A DNA stretch of 45,999 bases. Source: Dehalococcoidia bacterium (GTDB taxonomy: Bacteria > Chloroflexota > Dehalococcoidia > Lucifugimonadales > QGNO01). The notes beneath the pieces were generated by a model. It was given only the letters and a program-made list of their open reading frames with translations. It was not told the DNA's origin and searched no databases. How positions within the stretch are numbered: position 1 is the stretch's first letter; every line of letters begins with the position of its first letter. The position numbers and the translations under genes are program-made. The stretch is taken from assembly GCA_034421495.1 (NCBI GenBank), contig DAOUKI010000119.1, positions 1 to 45,999 on the forward strand, in the 5' to 3' direction. This document shows, in pieces, positions 44,005-45,999 of the stretch.

Positions 44005-44499
44005 TTAAGCCAGCCACAGCTTCCACCAAGTCCTCTTCTTACGCTTTGGAGGTCTTGGCTTCTTCTCCGCGCCCGTGGCGAGTGAGGTGACCACCTGGCG
44101 GGGCATCTCTCTGAGAATGGATGGAATCAGGTTGTACAGCTTCTCGACCTCATCCGGATGCATGTCGCGGGCAACGGTCTGTACCGCGCCCACCCGGCGC
44201 ATTGCCAGGGTGCCGGGCAGCGCCTTCAAGGCCTCATCATAAGAGTGCGCCACCGTTTGGGCTTGGCCTGGATCCATTTCTATCCAGGTGAGGAGACGGC
44301 TCTTGGTAAAGTCGTGGAGCTTATCCTCCGCCATCTCGTGCTCGGCGCGAGCCAGTTCCGTGATCTGCTTGAGCCTCTCTTCCTCGGACAGCCCTGCCAG
44401 CTCACCGTATCTCTTCTTCATCTCAGAGCTACGAGCATCCTCTTTAGCATCGGCAAGAGCGACCCATTGCTTCACGTCCATAGGAGTGGAGCTAGTCAT
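44005..44499 (-). CDS. Hypothetical protein (164 aa), helical/charged, with a Lys/Arg-rich tail ending WWKLWLA
   Basis: ATG 44499 is preceded by AAGGAGG with 5-nt spacing on the minus strand. The track's longer start (44676) would run through the C10 tract and repeat element. Confidence 0.55.
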   Translation of the reverse strand: MTSSTPMDVKQWVALADAKEDARSSEMKKRYGELAGLSEEERLKQITELARAEHEMAEDKLHDFTKSRLLTWIEMDPGQAQTVAHSYDEALKALPGTLAMRRVGAVQTVARDMHPDEVEKLYNLIPSILREMPRQVVTSLATGAEKKPRPPKRKKRTWWKLWLA

Positions 44500-44670
44500 T
44501 GACCCCTCCTTTTGAGTCGGGCGACTCATTGAGTTCCCAGCGGTAAAGGCGAGAAGATGATATTGTGACACTAGCCTGCTGTCAAGAAAGCAGGCTAGCA
44601 ACTGTCTTGAGTTATTTGCAACACGGGCGGCCAGCTCCGCTCTCCATGTCCACTTTGCTCCCCCATACTC

Positions 44671-44724
44671 GCTCATCCTGCCCCCCCCCCGCTCATCCTG
44701 AGCAACGTCGAAGGAGATGAGCGG
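44671..44724. repeat. Composite repeat: 10-bp direct repeat GCTCATCCTG x2 flanking a C10 homopolymer, merging into a 9-bp-stem palindrome (CCGCTCATC-N18-GATGAGCGG)
   Basis: Read directly: gctcatcctg (44671-44680), cccccccccc (44681-44690), gctcatcctg (44691-44700). The inverted repeat is ccgctcatc (44689-44697) with gatgagcgg (44716-44724). It lies in the recF-downstream intergenic region. Confidence 0.7.
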
Positions 44725-44802
44725 GTGTAACCGCCCATATGTCCCGCCTCATTCAGGCCCCATGCCTGCGAACTCCGCCGGAGCTAATCCGTTGCTCTCG
44801 CG

Positions 44803-45942
44803 CTAGGGCGTCACGTTGCCCGCTGTTACATGGAACAGCGACGCATTGCGCGCCGCTGATTCGCCGATTAGCGCGGGCTCCGCAGTGGTGACCAGCGCCT
44901 GCTGGTATCCGGCGGCTTCTTCAAGGACGCTTTGCCTCCGGTGTGAATCCAACTCGGAGAGGACGTCGTCAAGGAGAAGCACCGGCTCATCTCCGCGACG
45001 CTCTTTGAGGAACACCGCCTCCGCCAAGCGGAGCCCTAGGGCTATAGACCTTGCCTGGCCCCTGGAAGAGTACGTACTGGCGGGCATGCCGTTCAGATTG
45101 ATCTCCAAGTCGTCGCGGTGCGGACCGGCCAGGGTCATGCCGACGCGTATCTCTTCGTTTCGTCGCTCGCCAAGCGACTGTTCAAACTGTGTGGAGGGCA
45201 GGGAGGGCCGGAACTTCAAGGACAGCTCCTCGCCCTTGGACAGAGTGCGGTAAGCGTGCGCCGTCAGCGGAGCCAGCCTATCGATGGCATCGCTTCGATG
45301 ATCTATCAGCGCCACGCCTTCCCCGACCAGTTCCCCGTTCCAGAACCCTAGCTCTTCACCGGATGCTCTTCCTTCTCTGATCAGGCGCAGCAGGTGGTTC
45401 CTCTGGGTGAGCACGCGTTGATACCTCTGTAGGGTCCGCAGGTAACCCCGGTCTACCTGCGAAAGCAATATATCCAGGAAGCGGCGGCGCTGGGAAGGCG
45501 AGCCATGCACCAGCTCTATGTCTGAGGCCGTGAACAACACGGCGTTGACCCAGCCGACCAGTCCCGATGCGGACGTAGAAACGCCGTTGACCTTGATCCG
45601 TTTGTTCACCAGGACACCCCCGGCTCCTTGGCTGGATTCGGCGCGCAGACCGACGATGACCCTCACCTTATCGTCGCGGCGCTCCACCTCCCCGTCGATA
45701 ATGGTCTGCTCTATACCGCCGGTACCCGACGCTTCGGGAGTCCTCTGCGACTCCCATGTGATGAGCTCCCTTTCCACGTTGGTGCGGTAGGACTTGGCAA
45801 TGGCGAGCAGGTAGGCTGCTTCTAGAAGGTTGGTCTTGCCCTGGGCGTTCGCCCCGCTGAGCACCACCAGGCCCGGTGGCAACTCTAGGCTCAATCCGGC
45901 GAAGTTGCGGTAGTTGGTCAGTCTGAGATGGGATATGTACAC
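44803..45942 (-). CDS. recF: DNA replication and repair protein RecF
   Basis: MYISHLRLTNYRNF opening, Walker A GANAQGKTNLLEA, signature/Walker B region ..SRGQARSIALGLRLAE..., PVLLLDDVLSELD. GTG start at 45942. Confidence 0.93.
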   Translation of the reverse strand: MYISHLRLTNYRNFAGLSLELPPGLVVLSGANAQGKTNLLEAAYLLAIAKSYRTNVERELITWESQRTPEASGTGGIEQTIIDGEVERRDDKVRVIVGLRAESSQGAGGVLVNKRIKVNGVSTSASGLVGWVNAVLFTASDIELVHGSPSQRRRFLDILLSQVDRGYLRTLQRYQRVLTQRNHLLRLIREGRASGEELGFWNGELVGEGVALIDHRSDAIDRLAPLTAHAYRTLSKGEELSLKFRPSLPSTQFEQSLGERRNEEIRVGMTLAGPHRDDLEINLNGMPASTYSSRGQARSIALGLRLAEAVFLKERRGDEPVLLLDDVLSELDSHRRQSVLEEAAGYQQALVTTAEPALIGESAARNASLFHVTAGNVTP

Positions 45943-45999
45943 TTGGGGTCTTGGACTATGGCTAGTCTCTGCGCCTGCCCAGCAGCAATATCCAGTTGG

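Overview
GC-rich bacterial chromosomal segment (by eye about 55-60% GC), densely coded on both strands. The right half is mostly housekeeping: purA, thiolase, prs, secA, valS, ROK glucokinase and recF. The left and middle carry accessory content. A Chloroflexota-like origin is only my inference from gene style. I recognised no rRNA, tRNA, CRISPR array, transposase or integrase by eye.

Four points stand out:
1. 696-15263 is a five-gene, translationally coupled operon. It is built around a 3,049-aa membrane protein with four transglutaminase-like modules, a HEAT-repeat insert, about ten Ig-like domains and a DUF4129-like tail. An 811-aa family-less polytopic membrane protein, a MoxR AAA+ ATPase, a DUF58 protein and a small membrane protein follow it.
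2. Two genes that the ORF track splits are each one reading frame interrupted by a single in-frame TGA at the first position of a U-x-x-C motif. They are a DUF3179 lipoprotein (TGA 18788-18790) and a GrdB-family protein (TGA 27164-27166). Both have a hairpin just downstream, so both are selenoprotein candidates.
3. 23461-26400 is a same-strand trio of predicted nucleases: DUF2779 (Cas4-like plus DEDD exonuclease), a small PD-(D/E)xK-like protein, and an EEP-family protein. The middle gene is conspicuously AT-rich, which looks like a horizontally acquired, defence-like module.
4. A myo-inositol-1-phosphate synthase carries an N-terminal Cro/YdaS-like HTH domain, and a perfect 17-bp palindrome sits directly upstream.

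All family assignments come from motif recognition by eye and need HMM or structure confirmation.
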